DNA of 64,000 nucleotides from Leptolyngbyaceae cyanobacterium (GTDB lineage: Bacteria > Cyanobacteriota > Cyanobacteriia > Phormidesmidales > Phormidesmidaceae), in the NCBI GenBank assembly GCA_965263355.1, contig CBDHHL010000032.1, positions 896,001-960,000 of the forward strand, given 5' to 3'. The notes under the pieces were generated by a model. That model saw only the letters and a list, made by a program, of their open reading frames with translations. It was not told the DNA's origin and did no database searches. Both the position numbers and the translations under genes were made by a program. Below, one piece after another: positions 30,384-41,210 of this stretch (the stretch's first letter is position 1; each line of letters starts with the position of its first letter).

Positions 30384-31397
30384 ATGAAAGCTATTGGTTA
30401 CAAAGCACCCGGTCCAATTGATCGTGAAGATGCCCTGCAGGACATCACCCTTGAAACGCCTAAAGCCGAAGGCCGCGATCTACTCATCAAGGTTAACGCC
30501 GTATCAGTCAACCCCGTGGACACAAAATTACGTCTCAGTGTGACACCAGAAGGCGGGAATTGGCGGATCCTTGGATTTGATGCTGCTGGCGTTGTCGAGT
30601 CCGTTGGACCTGATGTTCAGATATTCAAACCAGGTGATGCGGTTTTCTACGCTGGTTCTATTGTACGCCCTGGCACTAACAGCGAATATCACTTGGTCGA
30701 TGAACGCATCGTGGGCTGCAAACCTGCCAGTCTAAATGACGCAGAAGCTGCTGCATTGCCGCTCACAGCGATCACTGCTTGGGAAATGCTGTTTGATCGG
30801 CTGGATGTAAAACGTCCGACACCACAGGGAGGAAATATTTTTCTGATCGTTGGTGGTGCGGGGGGCGTTGGCTCGATCGCTATTCAATTACTGCGGGCAT
30901 TGACTGATCTCACAGTAATCGCTACTGCTTCGCGGCCTGAGACGCAAGAGTGGGTACGCGAATGCGGTGCCCATCACATCATCAACCACCGCCAACCTAT
31001 GGCACCCCAAATTGAGGATTTGGCTCTTGGTGCTCCTGGTTTTGTGTTCTCCACAAATCACTCCGATTCACATTTTGCTGATATTGTCGAATTGATTGCC
31101 CCCCAGGGTCGCTTTGGTCTGATCGATGATCCCGAAGTGCTCAACGCCACAGCTCTCAAAACCAAAGCCCTGTCCCTACATTGGGAATTGATGTTCACTC
31201 GCTCGTTGTTTGGCACACCGGATATGGCAAAACAGGGCCAACTGTTAAACGAAGTAGCCAAACTGGTGGATGAAGGGCACCTCCGCTCTACCATCACTGA
31301 AGTCGCGGGCACAATTGATGCGGCAACTCTGCGAGCAGCCCATGCTCAGATCGAAAGCGGCTCAGCACGCGGCAAAATTGTGCTTGAAGGATTCTGA
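30384..31397 (+). CDS. Zinc-binding alcohol dehydrogenase family protein / quinone oxidoreductase
   Basis: Likely start MKAIGY at 30384; AVSVNPVDTK, AALPLTAITAWE, GGAGGVGS, HWELMFTRS, GKIVLEGF. Confidence 0.9.
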   Translation: MKAIGYKAPGPIDREDALQDITLETPKAEGRDLLIKVNAVSVNPVDTKLRLSVTPEGGNWRILGFDAAGVVESVGPDVQIFKPGDAVFYAGSIVRPGTNSEYHLVDERIVGCKPASLNDAEAAALPLTAITAWEMLFDRLDVKRPTPQGGNIFLIVGGAGGVGSIAIQLLRALTDLTVIATASRPETQEWVRECGAHHIINHRQPMAPQIEDLALGAPGFVFSTNHSDSHFADIVELIAPQGRFGLIDDPEVLNATALKTKALSLHWELMFTRSLFGTPDMAKQGQLLNEVAKLVDEGHLRSTITEVAGTIDAATLRAAHAQIESGSARGKIVLEGF

Positions 31398-31407
31398 AAA
31401 AAGTAGG

Positions 31408-32964
31408 TTATAGCGTCAATGACGCCACATTCGATAATTGCCAATGATTTTGATTTTTTTCCACCACGATGGGCTGGACTACAAATTGAGGTGGACTACC
31501 CGCTTTAACATTGATCCGTAAACAAGAAAAAGGACGCCGTTTCTCAGCTCCTCGTCCCTCACGCCCAATAAACAAATGTGACGTAGCCACTTGTTGAGGT
31601 TTACCATTAATCACCTCAAGGATAGTTGGCCCATTCTCACGCTGTCGCCGGAGACTATAACCACTGCCGCCACACACTAGACAAGGAATATTCCCATCGG
31701 CCAACCCACTATCAGTCGTACGCAGATATTCTAAACAATGGGCATGGCCATTAATGATCAAGTCCACCAAGGATCTCCCATGGGTCACCTCACCCAGTTC
31801 TGCTTTCACTTCGGCCAATACCTGACGCAGGTTTTGACGCACAGCCAGGGTTTGGGCCTGGGGCCATTTTGTTGCTTCAGTCACATAGGGAGGATGATGG
31901 AAATACAAGATTCTCCCCCGTGATGTGGAATCTTGCCAAGAGGCAATTAACCGATCTCGCAGCCAGTGAAGTTGTTCTATATCATTGTTGTTATGAAATA
32001 CCACAGGATTTAACTGTCTTGAAATATCGCGGATTTCCTCTTCTAACTGCTCCACATCCCCTGACAAATCACCAATTCGCTCTGCATGATTGGCATCATC
32101 AGTGTGTAAGTTAGCGACTTTCTCCAATAGAGAAAGCCTTGTTTTCTCCAGCTCAATTCGCTCCAGAATCAACCGTTTGCGTTGCTCCAGACCTTCCTGC
32201 CCTTGAGATAACGGCTGAGGCTCGTTAAATGTATTGGAATCTAGGGCAAAAAAGTCGATACCTCCATAGCGAAAGGTATAGTATCGGTTTGGTACACGGG
32301 TAAATTCACCGGGTACATAGCGCAAACAGGTATTGTCTGCAGCTGTGTAGTGCTTATCTAGATGAGCCCTTAGCTGTGCTGGCTCTAACTCACCCAGATA
32401 ATCGATAAAGGCCTTTGCATAAGCCTTGCCGGTATAGGACCCATGCCAACCTAAATCAATATCAATATAAGACCGTAACAGTTTGCGGATAGGCTTGCTC
32501 AAAATTGACAAAATCCCCAAAAGCAGCGGCAGATTGTAGTAGTCATGGTTGCCCAAAGTGGGTAAAAATGGCCGCCGAAAAATCATCTGATCATAGGCAA
32601 TCTTTTTAGGCGTCTTCCCACCGACTAACCATTCTCGATAGGGATTAATAAAATTTTCAAAATATTGTTCACTGGAACCCACCAGATACACTACATCCCC
32701 TGTATGGAGGCAAAACCGAGCATCTTCTCCCTGGGATAGCATGGCTTCAGCCACTCGACGCTGGGGGCTATCGCCCCGATATCGTCCGGTGCCACTGTCG
32801 CCAAGCACCATAAATGAAAACTCAGGATCATCCGCATGGCCATCATCAATAAAGAGCCGGGTTTGGTCGATATTGCGCTCTGCAATCAGTGGGTGTTTCC
32901 AGTGGACCCGAGCACGCATTTTGCGAATTTTAGTGGCAATAGACGTATCAGTAGGTAGAAGCAT
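31408..32964 (-). CDS. Calcineurin-like metallophosphoesterase
   Basis: GDSG, HTGDVVY, GNHDY, HHPPY, NGHAH. Confidence 0.88.
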   Translation of the reverse strand: MLLPTDTSIATKIRKMRARVHWKHPLIAERNIDQTRLFIDDGHADDPEFSFMVLGDSGTGRYRGDSPQRRVAEAMLSQGEDARFCLHTGDVVYLVGSSEQYFENFINPYREWLVGGKTPKKIAYDQMIFRRPFLPTLGNHDYYNLPLLLGILSILSKPIRKLLRSYIDIDLGWHGSYTGKAYAKAFIDYLGELEPAQLRAHLDKHYTAADNTCLRYVPGEFTRVPNRYYTFRYGGIDFFALDSNTFNEPQPLSQGQEGLEQRKRLILERIELEKTRLSLLEKVANLHTDDANHAERIGDLSGDVEQLEEEIRDISRQLNPVVFHNNNDIEQLHWLRDRLIASWQDSTSRGRILYFHHPPYVTEATKWPQAQTLAVRQNLRQVLAEVKAELGEVTHGRSLVDLIINGHAHCLEYLRTTDSGLADGNIPCLVCGGSGYSLRRQRENGPTILEVINGKPQQVATSHLFIGREGRGAEKRRPFSCLRINVKAGSPPQFVVQPIVVEKNQNHWQLSNVASLTL

Positions 32965-33027
32965 AAAGATAAATAATCAAAATCCCAGGGATAATATTAG
33001 AAAATCGCAGTCTCTAAAACATTTCTG

Positions 33028-33855
33028 TTATAGTTGTCTTTTCAAAGATTGTTTGAAATTTCCAATAAACTGCTGACATAGTTCTTTTTCAATATCCAAA
33101 AGAGAAAGAAATGGATTTAAGTCCTCCAATTCCACCAGGAGTAAATCTCCATCTTTCGAACGACACGCATCCACACGCTGTATCCCATATTCTAAAGGAC
33201 TCCATTCAATAAACTGTTGGGCAAATGCCAAATCCTCCTGAGAATAATCATAGGATTCTAATTGCCACCGCTTCTGTTGGTCAGGTGCATAGAGAGCATA
33301 CTGGATTTCGTTGTCTATGTAATAAAAGGAGATTTCATGGCGGATATCTATTTTGGGCTGAACCAGAATGTTATCAAAGTCTATGTGCTCCAGTTTGTCA
33401 GGCTCAACCATTCTCATACCAATAGAGTCTGCGCCATTCTTAAGCTTAACGACATAAGACTCTACATCCGGTAATAGACCGATATTTTCCTTCGCATCAA
33501 TGGTGGGTATAACTGGAAAATTCTGCTCCGACCGACTAAGATCAACCAAATATTGTTTTCCTAACATATCAGCCTTGCCCGTAAGACTGTTATAAACAAC
33601 ACTGTTATTAGCCAACAAACGGTTTCGAAATGCCTCATATTCTTTTTGATAGTACATAACCGGCCCTGTATTTCTGAAAACGATGGCATCGACCACGGTT
33701 TCAAACGGCTCCGTATCTTTAGGGTGACAAATAATCAAATTAAAGTCTTCCCTGAGCTGGGATGTTAGGAAAATGTCTTCGGCATTGTAAGCTCTGCCCC
33801 TGGCTTCGCAGTAAAGGTCTGTCACAAATAGGATAGTTGGCTTTCTGGATAGCAT
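33028..33855 (-). CDS. ATP-grasp-fold protein (RimK/glutathione-synthetase-like)
   Basis: KQYL, YVVK..GADS, LVQP, QRVDACR, LLVELEDLNPFL. Confidence 0.65.
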   Translation of the reverse strand: MLSRKPTILFVTDLYCEARGRAYNAEDIFLTSQLREDFNLIICHPKDTEPFETVVDAIVFRNTGPVMYYQKEYEAFRNRLLANNSVVYNSLTGKADMLGKQYLVDLSRSEQNFPVIPTIDAKENIGLLPDVESYVVKLKNGADSIGMRMVEPDKLEHIDFDNILVQPKIDIRHEISFYYIDNEIQYALYAPDQQKRWQLESYDYSQEDLAFAQQFIEWSPLEYGIQRVDACRSKDGDLLLVELEDLNPFLSLLDIEKELCQQFIGNFKQSLKRQL

Positions 33856-33941
33856 ATGATATCCCCCTAAGTTTAGACGATAGGTTCACTGGGCAATAAA
33901 TGATTGGAAACGTATTACTTACCGATAGAGCTATGAAAGAG

Positions 33942-35024
33942 TCATACCTTGGCAACCAAGTTATGACTTAATGACTCAGAGTCATCTAAATTTCGCATCA
34001 TATCTCCAATGCGCTTGATAAAACTAGCCGTTGGTACTGCTAGTAACAGTCCTAAAAAGCCAGCTACTTTTGCCCCCACCAACACCGCAATCAGGACCAC
34101 AGCTGGATTTACCCCCGTCATCTCTCCAATTAATCGGGGTGCGACCACATTTTCATTGATTTGACCAAGAATAATAGCCGTTACTAATACCTTTAACCCC
34201 AACCATGGACTTTGAAATGCCAGTAGGCTGCTAACCAAAACAATACTGATCGTACCGCCAAAGGGAATAACACTAGAGGCCCCAATAACCACACCAAATA
34301 ATAATCCAAAAGGAATTTCTAAGACGGTAAATGCCACTGACAATATGGTCCCTAAAACTAAAGCAATAATCGCTTGTCCAGCAAAATAGTTTTGCAAACT
34401 AGGCTGCAGTGCAATCTGTATTCGATCTTGCCATAGAGGGGGGAACCAACTTAAGAGACCTCGCCACAGCTCAGGACCAAAGACAACTAATAAAACGCAG
34501 AGAATTAAGGTAATGAGCAAATTTACGGTACTGCTAATAGTTTCAACGGTCAGGTTAATGAGCTGACTGGTGAGTGATTTTAGTGCTGTTGATGCTTGTT
34601 GTAGAAGTTGATTAGATAAATCGCTTAAATCTACTGGCAAGTTTTGTATGACACTCTGTTCATCCAGAACTTGAATCTGTTGTTCAATTTTGTTCAGCCA
34701 AGCGGGTAATCGATTGGCAAACTCCACCAACTGTTGAAAAATCAACGGACCTAAAATCAAGACAATGATGCTAATCGAAATCAGAGTGGATATCATCACC
34801 AGTGAAATGGCCCAACCTCGGCCTAAGCCTCGCTTTTCTAAAAAAACGATTGGAAATTCCAGTAGAAACGCGAGTAGACTAGCCAGGGTAACGATACTAG
34901 TGATCGGTTGAAAATATTCAAATAGCAGAACTATCAACCAACCATCGATAAAAATCAGGGGTAAAATCAGCCCAAATTTGAGCCATCCCGGTAGTTTTAG
35001 TTCTGACAACATAGACGAAGCCAT
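33942..35024 (-). CDS. AI-2E family transporter
   Basis: Multiple TMs; LQNYFAGQ, IPFGG, QINENVVAPRLIG, GFLGLLLAVP. Confidence 0.9.
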   Translation of the reverse strand: MASSMLSELKLPGWLKFGLILPLIFIDGWLIVLLFEYFQPITSIVTLASLLAFLLEFPIVFLEKRGLGRGWAISLVMISTLISISIIVLILGPLIFQQLVEFANRLPAWLNKIEQQIQVLDEQSVIQNLPVDLSDLSNQLLQQASTALKSLTSQLINLTVETISSTVNLLITLILCVLLVVFGPELWRGLLSWFPPLWQDRIQIALQPSLQNYFAGQAIIALVLGTILSVAFTVLEIPFGLLFGVVIGASSVIPFGGTISIVLVSSLLAFQSPWLGLKVLVTAIILGQINENVVAPRLIGEMTGVNPAVVLIAVLVGAKVAGFLGLLLAVPTASFIKRIGDMMRNLDDSESLSHNLVAKV

Positions 35025-35425
35025 TGCTTAGGGTTACAACCAGCAATCATAGCGAATGGCTAATCAACTGAAAGTAGTGCAGATGCCCTAGCTCTATCAG
35101 GTTCATCGGGCTTGTTCGCGTTACTGCTACTGTCGCCAATGTAGCTAGCACTTATGGAAACAATGTAATGGCCATGGGGGGACTTAAACAATCGATATTT
35201 CGAAATGTCTGTAGTAAGAGTTGTCGAGAACTATCATAAAAGCCGATGGAGTAGAGCGATGGGACCGTTATCTTGAGGCTGGTCTATATCTGTTGCGACG
35301 GCCAATGATATATGGCCACTCAACCTTCATTTATCAGCTTGACTATGCCTCATGGTTAATACACAAAGTTGCCACTATCAAGTGAACGCGTAAAAATAAT
35401 ATAGATATGCAACGAACGAGCTACT

Positions 35426-36670
35426 TTGAACGCTTTTACTGCTAACCCCCTTAGTGCACAGCCCGACCATCAACAGCGGACTGCTCATACTGATATTGCA
35501 ATTGTCGGTGCAGGCATAGTGGGTCTGACCCTGGCCTGTGCCCTTCGCTATAGTGGTCTGACAGTGGCCGTGATCGATGCTCAAAGTCAGGAAAAGACAG
35601 CAGCTCGCGATCGCGCCTATGCGTTTTCCCCTATGTCAGCTCGTATTTTTCAGGAACTGGGGCTATGGGAGCAGGTGGGTCCTTACATTACTCACTTTCA
35701 GCGTGTGCGCATGTCCGACGCAGACTATAGCAAAACGGTTAATTTTTATCCCACAGACAGCCCTGTTGATGCTGTTTATTACGGTGCAGAGCATCGAGTA
35801 TTACTCAATGCCTTACAAGGTTTAGCCATTAATATCCATCGTCTGACCCCGTATTATGAAACGACCCTGGTTGATATTCAAACAACAGCATTGGGGACAC
35901 AGCTCACCTTAGAGGGGAATGGCCAGCGGCAGATATTACATACTCAATTATTGGTAGGTGCCGATGGGAATCGGTCAAAAATCCGCCATTTTGCGGGTAT
36001 TCAAACCTCAGGTTGGGCCTATTGGCAATCGTGTATCACAACAGTGCTAGCCCCGGCTAAATCTCACCAAAATACAGCCTATGAAAAATTTTGGCCCAGC
36101 GGTCCCTTCGCCATTTTGCCGATTCCAGGGAACCGTTGCCAGGTCGTGTGGACGGCTTCCCATGCCGAAGCAGAGGCGATGTTGACCCTATCTGAGCAAG
36201 CGTTTTTGACAGAGCTGCGCCGTCGCTATGGCGACGACATGGGTGACTTAAAAATGCTGAAACCACCCATGATGTTTCCAGTGCAGTTAATGCAAAGCCA
36301 TCACTACGTAAAACCAGGCATTGCCCTGGTGGGTGATGCAGCCCACTGCTGTCATCCTGTCGGCGGACAGGGACTCAATATGGGTATTCGGGATGCTGCT
36401 GCCCTGGCCAAAATTCTACAAGCAGCCCACGTCCGTCAGGAGTCAATTGGGGACATACGCGTCCTCAAACGCTATGAACGCTGGCGACGCAACGAGAACT
36501 GGCTAATTTTAGCCATGACCGATCTGCTAAATCGGTCATTTTCTAATCACTTTTTGCCCTTGGTATGGCTCCGTCGCGCCGGTTTTTGGGTAATTGAACA
36601 TACCATACCCCTCAAACGTATGATTTTACGTATTATGACAGGCTTTTTTGGACGGCAACCAATTGTTTAA
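35426..36670 (+). CDS. FAD-dependent hydroxylase (UbiH/COQ6 family)
   Basis: IVGAGIVG, LLVGADG, GPFAILP, LVGDAAHCCHPVGGQGLNMG. Confidence 0.9.
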   Translation: MNAFTANPLSAQPDHQQRTAHTDIAIVGAGIVGLTLACALRYSGLTVAVIDAQSQEKTAARDRAYAFSPMSARIFQELGLWEQVGPYITHFQRVRMSDADYSKTVNFYPTDSPVDAVYYGAEHRVLLNALQGLAINIHRLTPYYETTLVDIQTTALGTQLTLEGNGQRQILHTQLLVGADGNRSKIRHFAGIQTSGWAYWQSCITTVLAPAKSHQNTAYEKFWPSGPFAILPIPGNRCQVVWTASHAEAEAMLTLSEQAFLTELRRRYGDDMGDLKMLKPPMMFPVQLMQSHHYVKPGIALVGDAAHCCHPVGGQGLNMGIRDAAALAKILQAAHVRQESIGDIRVLKRYERWRRNENWLILAMTDLLNRSFSNHFLPLVWLRRAGFWVIEHTIPLKRMILRIMTGFFGRQPIV

Positions 36671-36956
36671 ATACAGTAAAGAATCCTTGCTTAAGCACTG
36701 ATCACCTCAGCAGAAAACCATTGAAGATAAAAGGTTTCAGCGGCCATTGAAAGCTTTACAAAGAATAGTAACAGCATTGTTTCGTAGGGTTTTGCCGTAT
36801 TCCAGAATACCTATTACGCGTTTTGGCGTAGATGTTTGCTGTAATAGCTGATGTTCTTAGCCTAAGGAATTTCCTATTCTCTATATCAAGGGTGTTTAAG
36901 GCATTAGTTCTCATCTACGCATCAAAACTATATACACCCTTTAAAGAAATCGCATT

Positions 36957-37223
36957 ATGTCGATGTCGTCTTTAGCTCTATCTCCTCACCCGCAGTATCT
37001 GAGTAATAACACGCCCCCCCCCCCAAATATGCAACGTATGGGGACACGTTGTTGGCAACGGCTTGTCAACCAGGGAGTGCCCCTTGAGGATGCTCGAGAA
37101 CTCGCGGCTACAATTGTCCACTTTATTTATTTGGATAGTACGCTCTCATCAGCCCAAAAGGAGCTAATTGGTCGTTACTATCAACATATCTGTGCTGCAA
37201 AACTGTCGTCCCTACAGATTTAA
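36957..37223 (+). CDS. Small hypothetical protein, paralogue of 37560..37844
   Basis: Gapless similarity to its neighbour (GTRxWQxL, GVP, LIGRYxQHxCA). Confidence 0.75.
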   Translation: MSMSSLALSPHPQYLSNNTPPPPNMQRMGTRCWQRLVNQGVPLEDARELAATIVHFIYLDSTLSSAQKELIGRYYQHICAAKLSSLQI

Positions 37224-37559
37224 TAGGGGTAAAATGCTATCTCTCAGGGGCTTCAGGACTGAGTTGATGGTGTGCACATAGGGGGTGTGATCAAACAAAC
37301 GGAAGACCGGGTATCAAATCACACCTACTTCTTGATAGTTTGAATAGATTTACGAAATAGTCTTCGCAGTTTCTGTAGAGGCTTTACATGAGGTCAGGAC
37401 GTTTGCCAAGCAGTTCAACGATTACGGTTTTACGAATGAAGTTGTTTTTGCAAACGTTTGTCCTGAGGCAGGATACTGTAATTCATCAAGTCTTACGGTA
37501 TTCGATCAGTTCTGTTGCTTCCTGAATCACACTAACCCGCTTATACGGAAGGGGATACT

Positions 37560-37844
37560 ATGCAGTCGTCTGCATCTGTTTTGTTAGAGAGAGAACCACA
37601 ACCTATTGCCACAAAAAAAATCTCTAAGCGAGAAAGGCTTAAACGAATAGGGACTCGCCATTGGCAACAGCTAATGAGAGTTGGGGTGCCCCAAGACCAT
37701 GCTAAGGAAATTGCGATCGCAGTCGTTCGTTATAGCCACCTCGACTGTCGTCCATCATTTAAGGAAAAGCGTCTGATTGGCCGCTACTGTCAGCATCTAT
37801 GCGCTGTCGGTCTGTGGCGATTAGAAATGTTACTCGGCAGCTAG
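37560..37844 (+). CDS. Small hypothetical protein, paralogue of 36957..37223
   Basis: RBS-like GAAGGGG upstream; shares motifs with the preceding ORF. Confidence 0.78.
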   Translation: MQSSASVLLEREPQPIATKKISKRERLKRIGTRHWQQLMRVGVPQDHAKEIAIAVVRYSHLDCRPSFKEKRLIGRYCQHLCAVGLWRLEMLLGS

Positions 37845-37854
37845 GATGCTGATC

Positions 37855-37883
37855 GTAGGGGCAACTGCATGCAATGCCCCTAC
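37855..37883. repeat. REP-like GTAG palindrome
   Basis: GTAGGGGCA...TGCCCCTAC between convergent genes. Confidence 0.7.
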
Positions 37884-37900
37884 AAGATTTTTCCTAATAT

Positions 37901-38167
37901 CTACGCTGCAACGGCTAGTAGCTCATCCAGCTTCTGACTCGCATTCAGAGCATGGAGCGCATCACAGCCACCAATGTGCTGATCGTTGATAAAAATCTGA
38001 GGCACTGAGCGCTTACCATCGGACCCACGGGCAACCATCGCCTCCCGTGCTTCTTCGTCTCCGTCGATCATGTGCTCAATATAATCGACATCTTTGCCGT
38101 CCAGGAGCCGCTTAGCACGAATACAGAAGGGACAACTCATCCATGTATAGATTTCAACCTTTGCCAT
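37901..38167 (-). CDS. grxC: Glutaredoxin 3
   Basis: CPFC active site, SVPQIFI, IGGCD. Confidence 0.95.
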   Translation of the reverse strand: MAKVEIYTWMSCPFCIRAKRLLDGKDVDYIEHMIDGDEEAREAMVARGSDGKRSVPQIFINDQHIGGCDALHALNASQKLDELLAVAA

Positions 38168-38259
38168 TGATTTGATACCTGAAGTAGAACTGCTGGTGAG
38201 ATCCTAGCGCATCTCTATCTGCCAGAAAATATTTGCCAGAAAACCGTCAGATGTAAGCC

Positions 38260-39393
38260 CTAAAAGTCTACGCCGCGCTTTAGCTCCACACCACGCTCAG
38301 CATAGTGCTTATGGTTAAACACCTCAGAATGGGCACTGGCTAGCTGAAAATAGGCAGGTGGATTTTTACAGCGTCCTGTAATAATCACTTCTGTATCCTT
38401 TGGTTTACGCAGCAATGCCTGCAATATGGGCTCCTCGGGCAATAGTTCCAGGTCCACCGTAGGATTGAGTTCATCCAAAATAATTGTTTTGTACAAACCT
38501 GACGCAATGGCTGTACGAGCTATTTCCCAGCCTCGCTCAGCTTCTACATAGTCAATGGTTTGCTGTTGTCCACGCCAAACGATAGCATCTCGACCACAAC
38601 GTTGATGGTCCACTAGATTTGGATAGCTCTGACGCAGAGCCTCAATGGCCGCATCCTCGGTATAACCATTTCCCCCCTTCAGCCACTGGATAATCATCAC
38701 CCGATGGGACTTATCCTGACTGATGCCAATGCCAATGGCCTGAAGCGCCTTACCCAGGGCACTGGTGGATTTACCTTTGCCATTGCCAGTGTAGATTTCA
38801 ATACCGGTTAGGCCTGGAATTTCGGAAATAGCATAGTGCTGTGGCTTCATCTCTGAGTGCAGGTCGGCCACCTCAAGCAAAGCAGACGGTGCACTACGCC
38901 CCGTGGCAATCACTTCTAGATAGTCGGGTTTACGTCTCAGGGTGCGGACGACATCGTCAATGTCCAATAGCCCCAAATCAAGTACTGGGTTTAATTCGTC
39001 TAATACCACAACGGAATAAAGGCCAGATGCGATCGCCCCCTTCGCCACATCCCATCCTCGTTGGGCTTCTTGTTGATCAAATTTAGTAATATCCTCAGCC
39101 CCAAAATACTCAGCCCGCCCTGTCCGCACCTGATCGATCAGGTGCGGAAAGCCCCGTTGTAGTGCCTCAATGGCCGCATCTTCGTCATAGGTACGGCCCG
39201 GCCCCTTAAGAAACCGCAGCAACAGGACGCGACTTTCCATAAAGGTTTGAATACCTAGCCCAATGGAACGTAGCACCACCCCCAATGCCACCTGAGATTT
39301 ACCCTTACCCTCGCCATCGTAGACATGGATTTGCCCCACCATACGCTCTGAGTTTTTTTGAGCAGTGCGAATGCCGATACCGGAGCGAGCCAT
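38260..39393 (-). CDS. cobO: Cob(I)yrinic acid a,c-diamide adenosyltransferase (tandem two-domain form)
   Basis: Two copies of GxGKGKS, LDELNP and TGR; C-terminal GVDF. Confidence 0.9.
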   Translation of the reverse strand: MARSGIGIRTAQKNSERMVGQIHVYDGEGKGKSQVALGVVLRSIGLGIQTFMESRVLLLRFLKGPGRTYDEDAAIEALQRGFPHLIDQVRTGRAEYFGAEDITKFDQQEAQRGWDVAKGAIASGLYSVVVLDELNPVLDLGLLDIDDVVRTLRRKPDYLEVIATGRSAPSALLEVADLHSEMKPQHYAISEIPGLTGIEIYTGNGKGKSTSALGKALQAIGIGISQDKSHRVMIIQWLKGGNGYTEDAAIEALRQSYPNLVDHQRCGRDAIVWRGQQQTIDYVEAERGWEIARTAIASGLYKTIILDELNPTVDLELLPEEPILQALLRKPKDTEVIITGRCKNPPAYFQLASAHSEVFNHKHYAERGVELKRGVDF

Positions 39394-39440
39394 GAAGAAA
39401 TTAACAATAGGGTGAACCGTCTACGATTGTAGCGTTAGGC

Positions 39441-39480
39441 ATCCCGGTAGGGACGTTCCATGGCAAGTCCCTACCGGGAT
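39441..39480. repeat. REP-like palindrome
   Basis: ATCCCGGTAGGGAC-gttccatggcaa-GTCCCTACCGGGAT. Confidence 0.75.
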
Positions 39481-39583
39481 ATCCCAAAATTATCAACATT
39501 AAATCATGGGGTATTTATATATTTTAGATGTTCTTCTTTCCAAATTAGGTATACCCTAATGTCTTAGATTCTCGGAAAGGCCC

Positions 39584-40153
39584 ATGGGCGAACTTGAACC
39601 GGTATTTCCGCTAAAGGCGGTAATATTTCAAATTTTATTTTTATCAGTGGCGATCGCATTAGAAGCTATGGTGCTACGCCAAGGGTTACGGCTTGGCTAT
39701 AAAAAGAGCGTGCGCTATGCGGCGGCAGTTAATCTACTGGCAGTGGTGGTAGGTTGGTTTGCCTTCTTAGCCATCGAGCCACTCTTTGACCCCCGCCTCC
39801 AGGCTCAGGTGATTAGCTATGTGCTATTTGATAATTTGATCAATAACACCCTTAAACCTCAGATGGGGTGGATCATTCTAGTTATTGGTCTGGTCGCTTT
39901 TTTTATGACCCTCATTCTCAAGCTCAAAGGATTAGAGCTGTTGATGAAGGCTGTCAATGATTGGAATTTACCCACTAAACCTAAAAACTTAAGTCGCAAA
40001 GAACGCTACAGCCGTTCTCGTACGGGTACGACTTTGTATCAAGAGGCGGCGTCCAAATTTGCGATCACAGTCCTCCAGGCCAATGCTTTGAGCTTTAGTG
40101 CCATTCTATTGCTGTTAGTTATGCGGTCTTACCTGCTTAGGAGTGTCGCATGA
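39584..40153 (+). CDS. fraC: Filament integrity / septal junction protein FraC
   Basis: FP..AVIFQILFLSVAIALEA, three TMs, first gene of a three-gene operon. Confidence 0.8.
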   Translation: MGELEPVFPLKAVIFQILFLSVAIALEAMVLRQGLRLGYKKSVRYAAAVNLLAVVVGWFAFLAIEPLFDPRLQAQVISYVLFDNLINNTLKPQMGWIILVIGLVAFFMTLILKLKGLELLMKAVNDWNLPTKPKNLSRKERYSRSRTGTTLYQEAASKFAITVLQANALSFSAILLLLVMRSYLLRSVA

Positions 40154-41145
40154 TTGATGTACTCAAGGATGCTATCGATAAAATGCGCGGGCTGATCACA
40201 CCACCCCGCTATCTGTCCTGGCAAACGTTGTTATTGCTAAGTTTGTTTTCTTGGGGCATGGCTACCCTGGCCGAAAGCACTGAGGCCACTTCGACCACCG
40301 TATCAATCCTCAGCACCGGCAGCTGGCTGTTTCTAACCATCGCCATTTGGTGGGGGCTGGCCACTAATCCAGTCAAAATCGGGGTTGTTTCCATTAGCCC
40401 CTGGATTACAGCAGCAGTCATGTGTGTATTCGTATTTAGGCCATGGACGCCTGAACGACTACAGCTAGCCATGGCCCTTTGGCCAGTGATTGCCACCGTC
40501 CTGGTGGCAATTCCTAAGTTTTGTGACTGGAAATTGGACCTATCAATCCCCCCTCCCCCGGTGCGTCAGGAACTGATTGTTCTTTTGCTAATCAATTTAT
40601 TGTTTAGTAGCTGGATTATGTTTCATTTTCGTATCCAGCATTGGTTCAATGATTATCCTAGTCTGGTTGTCGAAAATTTAGATAGCAGTGCCTTTGTCTA
40701 TCGAATTGGTGATGACACAAACGGCAGCTCTCAGGCCGAGACCTTGCTGACCAGTGCCGCAGATAACCTGGTCAAACAGTTGGATGATACGCCCTGGCCC
40801 CGAGTAGAACGATGGTTGTTGAATTTAGACAACAGCATCAATTCGGTTGCCGATAACATCGTTCTTAATGCCATCAGTGAAAGTGTTTTTTGGAGTTTGG
40901 ATGCGCCGCGTCCCAAGTCTGTATCCAATGGCTATCAGATCAAGCTCAGGGCTAATTGGTTAGGACCAACGGCGGAACAAAATGGTTATTACGTTGAAAA
41001 AGTCTGTACCATTTTGCCTCGCACCCTTAAAAAACGAACTGGTGACGAACCGACTCAAACCTCCACCCCTGTCGCCGAGGTCAAGTGCTCTGATCAGACG
41101 ACCAGGGTGGAACGTCAGGTTGCCACTGACAAACCGGCCACGTAG
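40150..41145 (+). CDS. fraD: Septal junction protein FraD
   Basis: SWQTLLLLSLFSW, five N-terminal TMs, YPSL..SAFV, periplasmic domain with a Cys pair; ATGA overlap with fraC. Confidence 0.8.
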   Translation: MIDVLKDAIDKMRGLITPPRYLSWQTLLLLSLFSWGMATLAESTEATSTTVSILSTGSWLFLTIAIWWGLATNPVKIGVVSISPWITAAVMCVFVFRPWTPERLQLAMALWPVIATVLVAIPKFCDWKLDLSIPPPPVRQELIVLLLINLLFSSWIMFHFRIQHWFNDYPSLVVENLDSSAFVYRIGDDTNGSSQAETLLTSAADNLVKQLDDTPWPRVERWLLNLDNSINSVADNIVLNAISESVFWSLDAPRPKSVSNGYQIKLRANWLGPTAEQNGYYVEKVCTILPRTLKKRTGDEPTQTSTPVAEVKCSDQTTRVERQVATDKPAT

Positions 41146-41152
41146 GGTACAC

Positions 41153-41190
41153 AAATTGTGGAGACGTTCCATGGAACGTCTCCACAATTT
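41153..41190. repeat. Perfect 38-bp REP-like palindrome inside the fra operon
   Basis: AAATTGTGGAGACGTTCCA|TGGAACGTCTCCACAATTT. Confidence 0.85.
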
Positions 41191-41210
41191 AATATCAATC
41201 ACAAATCGCT

